From Eledone cirrhosa (lineage: Eukaryota), in assembly GCA_964016885.1 (NCBI GenBank), contig OZ024740.1, forward strand, positions 55,614,001-55,678,000: a stretch of 64,000 nucleotides of DNA, written 5' to 3'. Position numbers and translations under genes: made by a program. Every line of letters begins with the position of its first letter. The first letter of the stretch is position 1. Positions 14,596 through 28,784 of the stretch are shown one piece after another. The notes beneath the pieces are model-generated. The model searched no databases. It had not been told where the DNA came from and saw only the letters and a list, made by a program, of their open reading frames with translations.

Positions 14596-14612
14596 ATATA
14601 TATATATGTGTG

Positions 14613-14644
<32 letters not shown>

Positions 14645-14653
<9 letters not shown>

Positions 14654-15073
14654 TAAACGGAATAGAAAATGCTGACAAATTGTTCACAGTTGAAAAATGG
14701 TTTAATTAGGAATAAAAGAGTATTAGTGATTGTATGGGTTAGTATTCAGTTGTGGTTTTAAGTTTTTAAGTTTTTACCGGTTGCGCATTTCTAAATGCTT
14801 TTCAAAAATAATTTTGAGATAGAGTGTCCGTGCTGTTTGCAAACAGAGCAAACAGCACGGACACTCTATCTCAAAATTATTTTTGAAAAGCATTTAGAAA
14901 TGCGCAACCGGTAAAAACTTAAAAACTTAAAACCACAACTGAATACTAACCCATACAATCACTAATACTCTTTTATTCCTAATTAAAACATTTTTCAACT
15001 GTGAACAATTTGTCAGCATTTTCTATTCCGTTTACCAATATATAATAACTTGTGTGTTACACCTCTATTCTTT

Positions 15074-15076
<3 letters not shown>
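14645..15076. repeat. ~400-bp near-perfect palindrome derived from a PLE terminus
   Basis: Arms 14645-14840 and 14848-15044. The sequence is homologous to 47217-47432, the distal end of the Neptune-like PLE. Confidence 0.9.
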
Positions 15077-15111
<35 letters not shown>

Positions 15112-15152
15112 CGAAACATAAGTCAAATGCATGAACTCATAATCCTTTATTT

Positions 15153-15208
15153 ACTGCTATAAATATTTCGATGATAGCCATTGAATGGCTATGACCTCAT
15201 CAGGCAGT
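15153..15208 (-). ncRNA. type I hammerhead ribozyme
   Basis: ACUGC-CUGAUGA, stem II containing AUAGCCAU/AUGGCUAU, C-GAAAU-AUUU-AUA-GCAGU. Confidence 0.75.
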
Positions 15209-15295
15209 TAGTCTGTTCTTAGATATGCCAGCTCTGTGTTTATGGTGTTGATGGTATCATAGCCTTGGGACACACACACACATATATATTTATAC

Positions 15296-15337
<42 letters not shown>

Positions 15338-15639
15338 ATCTATTTTATCGAGACTGATATACTGGAGTTACATAAATGCTATATATTATTCAATGTATTT
15401 ATATTATAATGGTTCGTTCAACCTTTAGAAACGATCGTAAAACAATATACTAGTAAAGTACTGCTAAGAGGTGTGATAAGAAGACTTAAATGAAGCCAGA
15501 AGAAATATTTGCAGGGGAACAGACAAGATTCAGACAAAGGGTGTACTTTGAAGCAGATATTAAAGAACATAATGTGAACTGAGAAACATCTGTAAATAGT
15601 CTGACACATCTTATATCTTTATCCACTTTAAACATGCAT

Positions 15640-16580
15640 TTGACTCTCTTTGGCAGGAGGGAATGTCGAGGGTGATGAAAGAGTAAAACCTCGAGAGGAA
15701 TACCACCCACATAATCCAATCACTGTGCGAAAATGCAAACAGACTGAGCTCCATTGTAGATTTCTTCAAGAACATATTTGGAGTTTGACAAGGCTTTTCA
15801 ACATCTTACTGGAGAACATTATGCGATAGACACTTTATACCTTTTTCACGTCCATTTTCTGTGGTAGACTGCCCGTTCGCAAACTGCGTTTTGCTAATGA
15901 AATAGCACTGCTGAGAGGTAGTGAAGTGAAATTCCATGAAGTCACCACCAAGTTGGAAAGAATGTCATGCGCTTACGGGAGAGAGATCAACTCTGAAATG
16001 AGACAGATTTTATTTAATAACCATAAGCAGAATACAGCAAGCAACATTATGCTGAACAGAAAGAAATATGAGGACATGTACAACTTCAAATGCCTAAGCA
16101 TAAATTTCACTAAGTATGGGAGCCCAATAACGACAATAAATTTCAATTCCATCAGTTTTTCAATGCTGCTCAAATGGTCGTCAATTTTCTGTATGCGTAT
16201 GAGAGCTGATCCCTTACAGTCGACATTGAACGAAAAGTTCAACTGCAGGCGCTTCAGAAAGCTGCAAAGTATCCTCTTCTGAAAGCAGGAGACAAACAAC
16301 ATCGTCAGTCAACAAATATAGTGGCAGAAAAGAACTACACCTTGCAATCGCCTGGTCCTCTACGCCTTCCTCCCCAAAGCCATCTACCAGGACACAGTTG
16401 AAGAAGGGCAAAGAAGAGACAGACAAAATAATCCTCGTCTGACACCAAGAAGGTCTGGATAAATCACAATACTGCGCCGCTTCTGAGAATGACAGAGGAG
16501 TGTAACCAGAGGTGATTACTGACTGCGAATGTGCCTAGAGTGGCACCCTGGAAACTAACTGCACCAGTTACAAGAACTTG
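15640..16580 (+). mobile_element. old decayed RTE-like LINE fragment
   Basis: KLRFANEIALL resembles the RT LRFADD motif; a C-terminal GTVEEGQRRDRQ-like segment follows; many stops. Confidence 0.55.
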
Positions 16581-18294
16581 ATAACGACTCCATAAACAAT
16601 TTTACTCCTTGTTTATAGTTCCAATTCATTTTACTACTTGTACACAACGAACAAATTTCGAAAGGTGCTTAAATGTCACAGTTGTTATAAATCTGTTTAA
16701 TGATGAGGTGCGTTATGAAACTGTAAGATCTTAATTCAATGGATGCTACCTCGAGACAGCAATGCTGTTTCCATTCTAATTTGAAGCATTTTATTTTAAA
16801 TTAATTACTAATAGAAAACGTGCATGTCACAGCATTCTATTTATTTGTCAGTAAAATATGTTCTAAATTATATGTAATCATGAACGAATCAGAATTTTAT
16901 CCTATGAATAGCTTTCAATTTCATACTGTATTTACGCATTTCTTACGCATTTTAGTCCTGATTTCCCCGATAAACCTGATGGAAAATATCAATATGTTCA
17001 TAGTATTCTCAATGAATGACAAGGTCAGACGTTTCTCAGAGACGTTGACAGAGAAAAATAATTGTTTCTACTTTTGGCACAAGGCCAACAAATACCCAGT
17101 ACATTACTGGTACTTGACAGAGAAAAATAATGCTTGAAGCATTGTGATACTGTACTTTTCGTTTAGAGTTCAAATCCTTGACAGAGCAAAACTTATTGAT
17201 CTCAAGACTGATAAAATCTCAGTAAGCTACAAAGATTGATTCATATATAATATCCGAGAAAGGAATCGAACCATAATAATTGAAAACATGTTTTTTTTAA
17301 ACTCGCCTATTATTGTGTTGGAAATAATTGTAGGTCACATAGATAATTTACTTTAATTTCTGAGTAAACAATTCAGAACAGAAAAGTAATTCTTGCTTTC
17401 AGTTATTGTGCTGTGACTATTGCTGAAGAACCGTCACCAAGGTTTTTAATCGATATCTGCATAAGCAGATATTTCCCGTAACATGTTTTATTGAACTGCT
17501 TTAACAGAAAATGACGTAACTCGACCCATTGATTAACACAGGCGCGCACACACACATGCAAACAATGCAGCTCACATTGCTATATTTTTGAAATACAATT
17601 TGATATGTTGAATAAGATAAGGTGGTTAAGCATCGAACTTTTTTGTAATTTCACGCCCAAATCATGGTTCTTTCAGATTTTTGATGTTTAAAGTATAATT
17701 TGATAGGCTGAGCGCCATCAGGTGATTAGGAACTGTGTTTGGCGGATATATTCTCGCCACAAAGCGGGAGTATTATGGGGATGGACAGTAGCAATTCGTA
17801 ATTGTTGTAATCAATAGTCAATAGCAGTCGGTATGTATTTCTCTTGAGGTAAACCCTAAAATTCTAAAGTACAGGAATTTTGTTTATAAATGTGGATGTT
17901 TACGCGCGCGCGTGTGCGTGTGTGTAGCAGGAAAAAAACCTAGCTACACACACATACATGCAATAGGTTGGAAACTAAAGTTTTAACCAGAAGGTTATGT
18001 CATAGAGTCGCTCAAATTATAACAAACCTCATGAAATATATTCATACAACGATTGGAATTTCTTGCTCTCATTTCTATCGAAAAATAAAGTCTGTTACTT
18101 ACATAAACATGACGCTTACATTTTTTAAAGATATAGACATTGCAGTTCAATCATTTCCTCAGGCATGTCGATGGGAATGAAATAATGCATATCAAACATG
18201 TAATCGTAATATCGATTCGCAAGGGACAAAGACATTTATGGTGAGCCAACAAACCATTAAAGGTTACGGGACATTTCCATATTCATATGGATAT

Positions 18295-18328
<34 letters not shown>

Positions 18329-18380
18329 CAATATATATATATATATATATATATCAATATATATAAATATATATATATCA

Positions 18381-18530
<150 letters not shown>

Positions 18531-18958
18531 ATATATATAAATATATATATATATATTTATTTACTTATATGTGTGTGTGTGTATTATCATACACAAACAC
18601 ACACAAAATACATATATATTTATATATAAAGATGTAGTGGCCTGGAGCATGCACATGTAACAAGGAGGTTGTTTCGTGGTTGCATTATATGCTAAAAAGA
18701 ACTACTAAATTAATCTATATCGTATTAAAAAAAAACACCTAATACATGAGCTGTACTCTTCAGAAATTGTATGGATTATTCAGCTTGTGCATCAGGATAG
18801 CCCTGAATAATGAAACGTTTCATCTTACAGACCGTGTATTGCCATTGCAAGACCATGTTGGTCACTTGGTCATATGACGAACATATACATCCATAGATGG
18901 TTCCATCTATGTGTAAGTAATTTTGCATATATGTGTATTGCAAATCTGCATTATATGT

Positions 18959-19143
18959 GGATTGGCAGTATCGGTAGAGGGTCGGACGCCATGCTTTGAT
19001 GCATAGAGTTACAACCCTTTTCATTCTAAGTTCAAATACCGCCGCAATTAACTTTGCCTTTCATCCTTATGGGGTCGATCAAATAAAGTACCAGTAATGC
19101 ACTGAGTAATTGCTGGCCGTGTGCCAAAAGTAGAAATAATTAT
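18959..19143 (+). mobile_element. tRNA-derived SINE, family A (Meta/MESC-like core)
   Basis: B-box-like gttcaaatacc and core actttgcctttcatccttatggggtcgat..aaagtaccag. At least 5 copies occur in the window. The domain name is from recall. Confidence 0.8.
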
Positions 19144-19448
19144 ATGTGTTTGTTAATCACATAATGTATATCAGGTATATATATAAGTGTATTAGATGGG
19201 AGAGGGGAAGAGCGTGTTTGTGCGATTTTAAATAGAGAGGTACATAAGAGAGTGACAAAGAGTGCAACAGAGAGAGAAGGAGAGAGAGAGAGAGGCAGAG
19301 AGGAAAAATGACAGAGAGTGAGGGGGAGCAATTGAAATCAATGAGTAATGCAAATCGTGTATTGAAAGCCTAAGATTTGACTCATCCAATCACATATAGA
19401 CATACATATTCACAATCAACTTCTCATATATATATATATATAGATATG

Positions 19449-19540
<92 letters not shown>

Positions 19541-19578
19541 GTCATATGACTATATATATATTTATTTATAAATGTATT

Positions 19579-19670
<92 letters not shown>

Positions 19671-20593
19671 TATAGATATATATAAATATATACATAGTCA
19701 TATTTTAATGTATTGATTTATATGTTCTATAAATATATATGTGTGTATACGTATGGGTGTGTACATATATATGTGTGTGTGTATGTATGTATATATATAT
19801 ATGTATGTATGTATATGTGTGTGTATATATATATAAATATATATACATATATACATACATATATATATTCATACATACATATATATATATATATATGCGT
19901 GTTTGTGTGTATGTATTTATAGTATACTCCAACCAGCCTGACTTCATGAAGCAACCAAGAAAGGAATCGCAGCCCTCCCACCTCCAGTTTAAGGAACGAA
20001 ACGACAAACATTGCAACGAATAGCAACTAGATATAAAACGGTTAGGAAGGCTTTTGGTGGGGGTGGGATTTTAAGAATCATCAGAAGGAATTTAAATGTC
20101 ATTTGTATGCCAAAAGGCCATTGTCAAATAGATATGGAAATAAAGGCAAAGGTAAAATTCACAAGAAGCAACTCATCATAGGTAATGAAAAGAAAATAAA
20201 CACATAAACACATATGAGAATAAGGAAATGTAAAACTTTAAAGGAGGTAGCGATTTCCTATCGTTGCTAAAATATTAACATATAAACAGAATTCTCTGGG
20301 GTCGGGGTGTTCCTTCCGTGTGCTCCTTTCAAAACTCATGGAAGTTTAGCGTGCCCTGGAATAAATGAAACAAATAAAGCCCGAGGCAGAATGCATATTC
20401 TATAGTATAAAAAAAACAAACATGATGTATGTATACGTAATTGTACGCAAACACATACAAAGATATACACACACAGAACAAAGACACACACGCATACATA
20501 CATGCATATATATATATGTATATATATACGTATATATTGGTATTTACATTTGAATATTATACATCACTATAACTTTTTCTGTATATCTATATA

Positions 20594-20656
<63 letters not shown>

Positions 20657-20657
<1 letters not shown>

Positions 20658-21528
20658 TAAAATCAAGGGAGTGCAAATATAGAAAAAATCTTTAAAAATA
20701 AATTTTAAAAAATTCACTGTACTTACTCGATGTGTCCTTGCCGCGGTTTCAAATCCCAAACAAATAGATAATCCAAGCGGATTTTCATTGAGAAAGAGAT
20801 CATCGTCAGAAGGCATTTCTCTCTCGGAGAATATAAAAGTCCCGAGTTAAAATTACAAACTGGCGCCATTCCAAACTGCCTCAGAATGAGAGCAAATGAA
20901 TGATAAAACAGTTTTGTCATAGTGCCGTGTGCAAAGGTAAAAGCGCAGTGGACAGGTCAATCCTGTACTGCTAAAAATAGCAGCCATTCAAACGACAAAA
21001 GGCTTCTCTGCCATTGGGGAGAATAATAATAAAAGTATGTGTTCCTACATGAAATTAATACACACAGGGACACAAGTATAGTCCGACCATATGCCAGTGT
21101 GGTTCAATGGCAATTTAATAAATTTACAAGCCAGAACATATAAAATCAACGGTACCATGACAGGACTGCTTGATCATTCATTTGCTCTCATTCTGAGGCA
21201 GTTTGGAATGGCGCCAGTTTGTAATTTTAACTCGGGAATTTTATATTCTCCGAGAGAGAAATGCTTTCTGACGATGATCTCTTTCTCAATGAAAATCCGC
21301 TTCGATTATCTATTCGTTTGGGATTTGAAACCGCGGTAAGGCTACATATAGTAAGTACAGTGAATTTTTTAAAATTTATATTTTACGATTTTTTCTATAT
21401 TTGCACAGCCTTGATTTTATATGTTCTGGCTTGTTAATTTATTAACTTACCATTGAACCACACTGGCATATGGTCGGACTATACTTGTGTTACTGTGTGT
21501 ATTAATTACATCTAGGAACACATACTTT

Positions 21529-21533
<5 letters not shown>
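20657..21533. mobile_element. nested inverted-repeat element with HHR-like motif, flanked by (TA)n
   Basis: 20657-20928 is inverted against ~21150-21421, and 21027-21149 against 21411-21533. CUGACGA...GAAAC-CGCG-GUA lies at 21263-21342. Confidence 0.8.
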
Positions 21534-21592
<59 letters not shown>

Positions 21593-22146
21593 AAATAAAA
21601 TAAATAAGTCAAATGTTTAAAATTTGGCTTCGTTTATTACTGCCATCTTTGACTGTGACCTCTTCAGGCAGTCCGAATTAATGTGGTAGAGACGATTACA
21701 CATGTTGTTGAGGTGTTTAGCTTTGTCAATACTCTGATATGCCCAGTTCCTGATTGGGTTGTTATTTCACTGAGGAACTGGAATCATATGAATTCAAACA
21801 AACGAATTTCAGCCTCTTCTCCTCTCATTGGTCAGTTGTTAGAACATTCCTCAGTCAAAAGTCTATAGAAATTCGTTCTGAGGCAAGCCAATCTGTAGTT
21901 GTTGTTCCTGTTATTGTTAGGTACATCTGACCTCTATTCTTATGTTGGTAGTGGTGTTATTGTTGGAGTCAGCTCAAAAGAAATGTGATAAAGTGGTAGA
22001 AGGAATAAGATGGTAAAGGAACCAAATAAAATTCATATAACTATAAAGATATAAAAGATGCAGAAGCAAAAACCAACCAAATAGTGAGTGTGTTCTGTTA
22101 TCATTTCTGGCAATAATATTATTATTATTATTATATATATATCCAG

Positions 22147-22338
22147 GGGGGTTGATTGGCAGTATCGATAGAGAGTCGGGCGCCATGCTTTCCAGCATAG
22201 TCACGTCCCTTTACGATCTGAGTTCAAATCCCGCCGAGGTTGACTTTGCCTTTCATCCTTACGGGGTCGATAAAATAAAGTACCAGTAATGCACTGGGTA
22301 ATTTGCTGGCCTTGTGCCTAAAGTAGAAACAATTATTA
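22147..22338 (+). mobile_element. SINE family A copy
   Basis: Colinear with 18959-19143. Confidence 0.85.
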
Positions 22339-22349
22339 TATATATATAT

Positions 22350-22626
22350 GTATGGGAGCATCCCAAAAGTCAGCTCAAAAGTGACACCGAGAAGACTGAG
22401 GTTGGCTGGACATGCTCACCGACATCCAGAGTTGACATTGCACTCAGTGCTCCTTTGGGAGCCCCTACATGGACACACTAGAAGAGGAAGACCAAGGTTA
22501 ACATGTGTTGATGCCCTAAGGACAGACACTGGTCTGTTGGAGATGCAGGATATGGCAGCGATAATGAGGGACAGAGACCGCTGGAGAGAGCTCGTCCATG
22601 GATCTCGGGAATTTTACCCGCCTTAG
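22350..22626 (+). mobile_element. 3' end of an RTE-group LINE ORF
   Basis: RRLRLAGHAHRH..LLWEP..RRGRPRLT..DRDRWREL is a typical C-terminus. Confidence 0.75.
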
Positions 22627-22710
22627 ATAGATATATATATATATATATATATATATAGTAGTATTGGTGCTCTGAAATAGCGATGTATACATGAATGTAT
22701 GTAAAGTATA

Positions 22711-22872
22711 AATTTGGCAATATACCGCATGTTTAATTAAAAATATTTAGAAGACCATTCGCTATCTCCAAAACTTTGCCGAAAATATAAATAAGTGACA
22801 TAGTCACTGCTTTAATTCTGATGGCGAAAGTTCTTTTAAATGTTTTTAATTAAACATACGGTATATTGCCAA

Positions 22873-22885
<13 letters not shown>
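22711..22885. repeat. inverted repeat with ~40-bp arms in (TA)n, related to the 50.8-kb element
   Basis: tttggcaatataccgcatgtttaattaaaaa pairs with tttttaattaaacatacggtatattgccaaa. The motif gctctgaaatagcgat is shared with 50797. Confidence 0.7.
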
Positions 22886-22922
<37 letters not shown>

Positions 22923-22962
22923 TGCATATATTTATGTATGTATACATACACATATATATATA

Positions 22963-23082
<120 letters not shown>

Positions 23083-23639
23083 TAGGTAAGGGTGTTTTTA
23101 ATTAATGTACAAATATTCTTGTTCCATCGATATATATATTAGTGATTTATGGATAATCATAAATCAATGCTTATATCATTAAACCTTTTAACAGATCATT
23201 CTTTATTTGTCATCAAATTTGTTATTCCGATTCAAAACTTTATGTATGATTCGAACCAATGCATCTGTCCAATTATTTTCTCTTCCTCTCCATCTCCTTC
23301 TCTCTCTCACCCTCTCCATAAGGCTCTCACACACATTCACACTTTCTCTCCTCTTCGTGTGTCTATCACTTCACACCCACCCACACGCATATTTACACTT
23401 ATACATAGATATGTATGTGTCTAACAAATGTTTCTTCTGTACGTATATGTATTTGTTTAAAATAATTATCATTTCAACAAGTACATTGAGTTTCCGGTGA
23501 TGCATTTGTTCATGATGCGTAGGATTTCACACCTCGTCAACGAACAGCTCGATAGTTATTTACATAGTTTCACACACACACACACAGACACACACAAACA
23601 CACAAACACACATACACATATATATATATACATCTAAAT

Positions 23640-23758
23640 CTAAAGTATGTCTTAAGCCAGAGGGCTCATGTGGCCGGTGCTTACCCCGATTTCATGTCGT
23701 GAAGCGACTGAGAGTACAAGACTCCCCCCTAGTCAGGACGCCAGACCATCGCCAGTCC
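23640..23758 (-). mobile_element. SINE family B, 3' fragment (Deu/Nin-like)
   Basis: Matches 52015-52130. Confidence 0.75.
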
Positions 23759-23833
23759 ATAGCGTATAAACATATACAAATATGAGGACTCTTCTTTCCT
23801 TTATCTTCTGTACGGAAATAGCTAACACACACG

Positions 23834-23953
<120 letters not shown>

Positions 23954-24202
23954 TATATACATATATATATATTATATATACATATATTTATACACATATA
24001 TATATATATAAGAGGGTATCAATATGAGTTAGTAACTCCGTATTTTATTTGTGTATATATATATATATACATACATATATATATATATACATATACATAT
24101 ATTTACTTATGTATATATATATATATATATACACACAAATAATATATATATATATATATATCGAGAGAGAGAGAGAGATGGAGAGAGATAGAGAGAGAGA
24201 TG

Positions 24203-24353
<151 letters not shown>

Positions 24354-25100
24354 AATGAATGAAAAAAACAAAACACGGGAGGCAAGTTTACAGTTATATT
24401 AGGTTTACGCTTGAAGGAGGTGGGGGGCCGTTTCATCGTTTCGGACAGAAATGCTTCTTCAGGAAACTTCAGATAAGCAGAGTACACATAGACCTTTGCG
24501 TAGTATGAGAACGTTAGGCAGGGATGTAAAAGAAAGGTGATAGCGTGAGGTGAGTGAAAGGGCCGGCCTAAGGAGCCAGAGTGGGGTGTATGGTATGGCA
24601 TGGGTGTGATTGTGTGCGAGTGTGGGGGTGTCGAAGGGAAGAAATTGGTAGATGTGCGTCGCTTCAGTCTATGTTACCCAGAGTCCATGAAAGTGAAGTA
24701 TGTACACTATTATGTGTATGTGTGTGTGCGTATGTGTGTATGTGTGTGGTGTTTTCGTTTAATGTATGTGTACGTATGAGTGTGTGTGTGTGTGAGAGAG
24801 ATAAATAGATACACAAGATATATAGATAGACAAAGATGTAGATAGTGAGTTAGATGAATTGAATTTTCACACAATAGTATTACCTAGATTCAAAGAGAAC
24901 ATTTCACTTTTGCTTCTCAATGCGAAGAAGTTCATTAATCTATTCACTCCCATGTAATTCATTGGTAGAAATAAAAATAATTCAACTGTATGCTCACTTC
25001 CTTTTTCAGCCAAATATTAATCACCATCCAGTTCCCCACTATATCCTTTAGGATACACACTAATCAGACACACACACACATATATATATATATATTTATA

Positions 25101-25796
25101 CTAGCATTAAAGCCCGGCGTTGCTCGGGGGTCAGTAAGTTACCAAAGTTAGGTTGCACCACCCATTTTATGGTAGCACTTTTTTGTCTGCCAGACACTGG
25201 GTGAATGAATTGCAAAACTTGACTGCCAAAGCAGGAGCTGCGCCAGTAGTGACAATTGTAGTTTCGCCTATGGATATTATCTCTGTGCAAAGAAGTGTTA
25301 AAATTTATTGTTTCACAGTACTTGCACAACACGCGCGTAGACAATGCCAGCCGAACAACAGAGCTGCGATGGAGTTGTTCTGCATGGTTGTCTAATGTGT
25401 GTTTTCTAAATTTAAGACAGTAGGGAGGGGTGTGATATGGGGGAGAGTTAGCTGCTGTTTGTAACAGGTTTAGTGACCTCATAGATGATATGTGTTTTCT
25501 AAATTTAAGACAGTAGGGAGGGGTGTGATATGGGGGAGGCTTAGCTGCTGTTTCTAGCAGGTTTAATGACCTCATAGAGGATATTATTGTGTATAGTAAA
25601 TAAACTGATACTTCTTTCTTCCGCGTTCGTTGAGAGATGTTTTAAAAAAGATTTATCGGTATTTTTTTTTGTTGTTGTTGAATAAATTTATCTGTTGCTT
25701 TTGAATAATTGTTGTTTCGTACGAAATGTAATAAGTACTCTTCGTTGTCATTGAAGTAAATAAATGTTTGACCGTTCCACACTCAAAAACAAACGT

Positions 25797-25877
<81 letters not shown>

Positions 25878-26211
25878 TCATTTCTTTCTCTCTTCTTTCT
25901 TCGAAGTTTGTAAGTTTAAGTGTATATAAGAGAAAGTTGCAGCATGTATGTAGTTTTATCGATTTTTAAGGGGAGTAGAGAGAGGTAATCAGATTGTATT
26001 AGAGGAGTGAAGCGACATGTATTTAGTTTTATCGATTATTTCCGTAACTGTGGGTGAGTTTGAAATAAATAAATAGTCGTTGAACTAAGGTAGACCATTT
26101 ACAATATTCTTACAGACTTTGAGTCGAATCGGTTTGAAATTGTGCAAATGTATAATCATGGAACATGCACGCACACACACACAAAAACAATCTGCCTTTT
26201 TTAGATAATGA
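25101..26211 (-). mobile_element. non-autonomous Helitron-like element
   Basis: Minus-strand 3' hairpin CCCGagcaacgcCGGG followed by a CTAG end; sits in TA tracts; internal ~94-bp tandem duplication at 25396-25577. Confidence 0.6.
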
Positions 26212-26521
26212 TATATATATATATATTCACACACACAAACATATATCTATATAGTGTCCAGAAATAGCCGTCGAAACGGCTCGAGCTCTGCCGTCGGGGT
26301 CATACTTTTTGCTATAACCCACTCTACTACCCTAAGTCTTGAGTACTCTGGTGCGTTATGGTCCATCTGGTTCCTTACCACAATTCTTTCGTTATATATA
26401 TATATATATATGTGTGTAGAAGGTGAGTAATATTGTAGAACAATAAAAATATGCATATATCATATGTAGGTTTTGCATTTTCCTGTTGACAAGTGTTTTT
26501 AGGCCTCATATCATGTTACCT

Positions 26522-26591
26522 TATTTTATCTGATGAGAACACAATTTTTGTCCCAGGATGATGTTGTTTTCGAAATGCGCATAATAAAATA
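26522..26591 (+). ncRNA. type I hammerhead ribozyme, intact core
   Basis: UAUUUUAU-CUGAUGA-G...C-GAAAU-GCGC-AUA-AUAAAAUA, with 8-bp stem I and palindromic loop III. Confidence 0.85.
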
Positions 26592-26623
26592 TATGGAACT
26601 TCTTTAACCATCTTTTAATTTCT

Positions 26624-26657
<34 letters not shown>

Positions 26658-26719
26658 TACACACACACACACACACACTTATATATATATATACACACAC
26701 ACACATATATATATATATA

Positions 26720-26777
<58 letters not shown>

Positions 26778-26815
26778 ATATTAATAAATGGAAACTATAT
26801 TTATAAAACCATATT

Positions 26816-26891
26816 TATTTTATTATACATATTTCAAGGGCCACCAATGCAAAGTTCATAATATAAAAGTGCGCTTCCATCAGATAAAATA
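26816..26891 (-). ncRNA. hammerhead ribozyme, A9G variant
   Basis: UAUUUUAU-CUGAUGG...UGAAAU-AUGU-AUA-AUAAAAUA. A homologue lies at 49729. Confidence 0.6.
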
Positions 26892-28182
26892 CAGATTTGT
26901 TTCATAAATAAATATTGACATACCCGGAAAAAAGACACCCTTAACGGTTGAAGCTTCCTGTATATATATAGTATATATATATACATACACCTACACACAT
27001 ATGCTGTCTAGCTACACTGACGTCTCTTTCAACTCGCTTTCTTTACATCATATTTCGCTATCTCTTTTACTTTCTCTTTTTCTCATATACAATCATACAC
27101 GCACATATAAATAAATGCAAACATATAAACAACCATGAAAAGGTGCTTTGTTTTAATTCGTAGGTTCTATGTTACCTACCTCCTTCCCTCTTTACTTATT
27201 CTTCTCTTTCTTGGCCTCTGACACAAACACTCTCTTTATTTTCCCTGTTTACTTCTCCTCTACACTCTCAAGACATATACTTATTCTCTTCTAATTTCTC
27301 TTTATATGACTTCTCTATATCTCTTCGTGTCTCTTTCTCGCTATCTGCTCTTCTCTAATTATTTTAGAAGTTTCTTCTATAGATTTATGTTTCACTTTTC
27401 ACTTTTTAAAACAGGAACCTCCTCACTTCTTAATGTGAAACATTTCTCTATTCTTAACTATATTCTCACACTGTTACTCTCTTTCTCTGAATTATCCTAT
27501 TTTTATTTTACATACAGGAGCCACTTTTGCTATATCTCTCGCTGTCGGTATTACTATTTCCATTTCCCTTTAATTTTCTCCTTTTGAGTTATCTACTCTT
27601 TGTTTGTTTCCGTTTCTACTCAGTCATTTTCACCTTGTTTTGGTGCATCTTCTTTCGTCTATCTCCCAACACGTGAAAAACGATAGAGCATTGGCATACC
27701 ATGTCGAATTTACTTTGAAATAACACCTCACGCGAGCAGATATCGAAAAAATATATTTGTCAGTAGATTCATTACATTTTTTGAAAAGGAAATGCAACCA
27801 CCATCACACAGCAGCAGTAACGGCAGCCTTAACAATAATAACTATAAAAATAACACAAACTTACACACACATACACACACACGCCCACTGAACCACACAC
27901 GCACACGCAATCACAAACTCAGACACTCTTATCCACACACACACAGACACACACAAACATACACTGACACACACATAACAACAAAATCAATAACAGCAAT
28001 AAACAGAGAAAACAAGCAACTACATTAACAGCCACACAAACTTTAACAACAACATACTTTTAAAAAAGCTATCGAAATATACGTGAAAAATCTATAAGAA
28101 ACAACTTAATTTTGAATCTTACGAAATACTACTAATACTAAGGATAATAACAACAACAACAATAATAATATTAATACTAACG

Positions 28183-28221
<39 letters not shown>

Positions 28222-28260
28222 GTAATCTTACTACAGCAACATCAGCAGCAACAGTAGTAA

Positions 28261-28325
<65 letters not shown>

Positions 28326-28623
28326 TAAGAAAAAAGTATATTCTGGTGAGCTTTATCCATAAAAGCTTAGACGAAATAGCACGCACTGAGTAACTTGCAG
28401 ATTGATAAAAATCAACCCTGAGGCCCATGGTTTTTCTATCTTTTCGCAACAGAGAAGTTTTCTACGTCCACAATTTTCTTACACTTACTGATATTAGATC
28501 TAATTTCCGGTATAAATCTCCATAAGGACCGGCAAAAACTTCAAGACGAGGACGCTAGAAAGAATATTGTTAATAAACTAAATCGCAAAACAATGATTTG
28601 TAAATCCGTTTTGATGCTGTTGC

Positions 28624-28678
<55 letters not shown>

Positions 28679-28751
28679 CATTATTCTTTGTATTGTCTTT
28701 GTATTGTCCCCTACATGTCGGCCCTTGTGGCTAATAAATGAAATCATTATC

Positions 28752-28784
<33 letters not shown>

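Noticed and set aside
14645-15044. Palindromes as assembly artefacts
   Set aside because: The arms differ at some positions and the same families recur at other loci. Read-level confirmation is still advisable.
22814-22840. CUGAUGGCGAAAG as an ultra-minimal hammerhead
   Set aside because: A9 is missing and there is no convincing stem I.
23498-23546. Minus-strand UUGACGA-GGUGU-GAAAU HHR-like motif
   Set aside because: C3 is absent and the stem register is off by one; there is no second copy to support it.
25396-25577. CRISPR-like or functional repeat array
   Set aside because: Only two tandem units, no spacers, in a eukaryotic transposon context.
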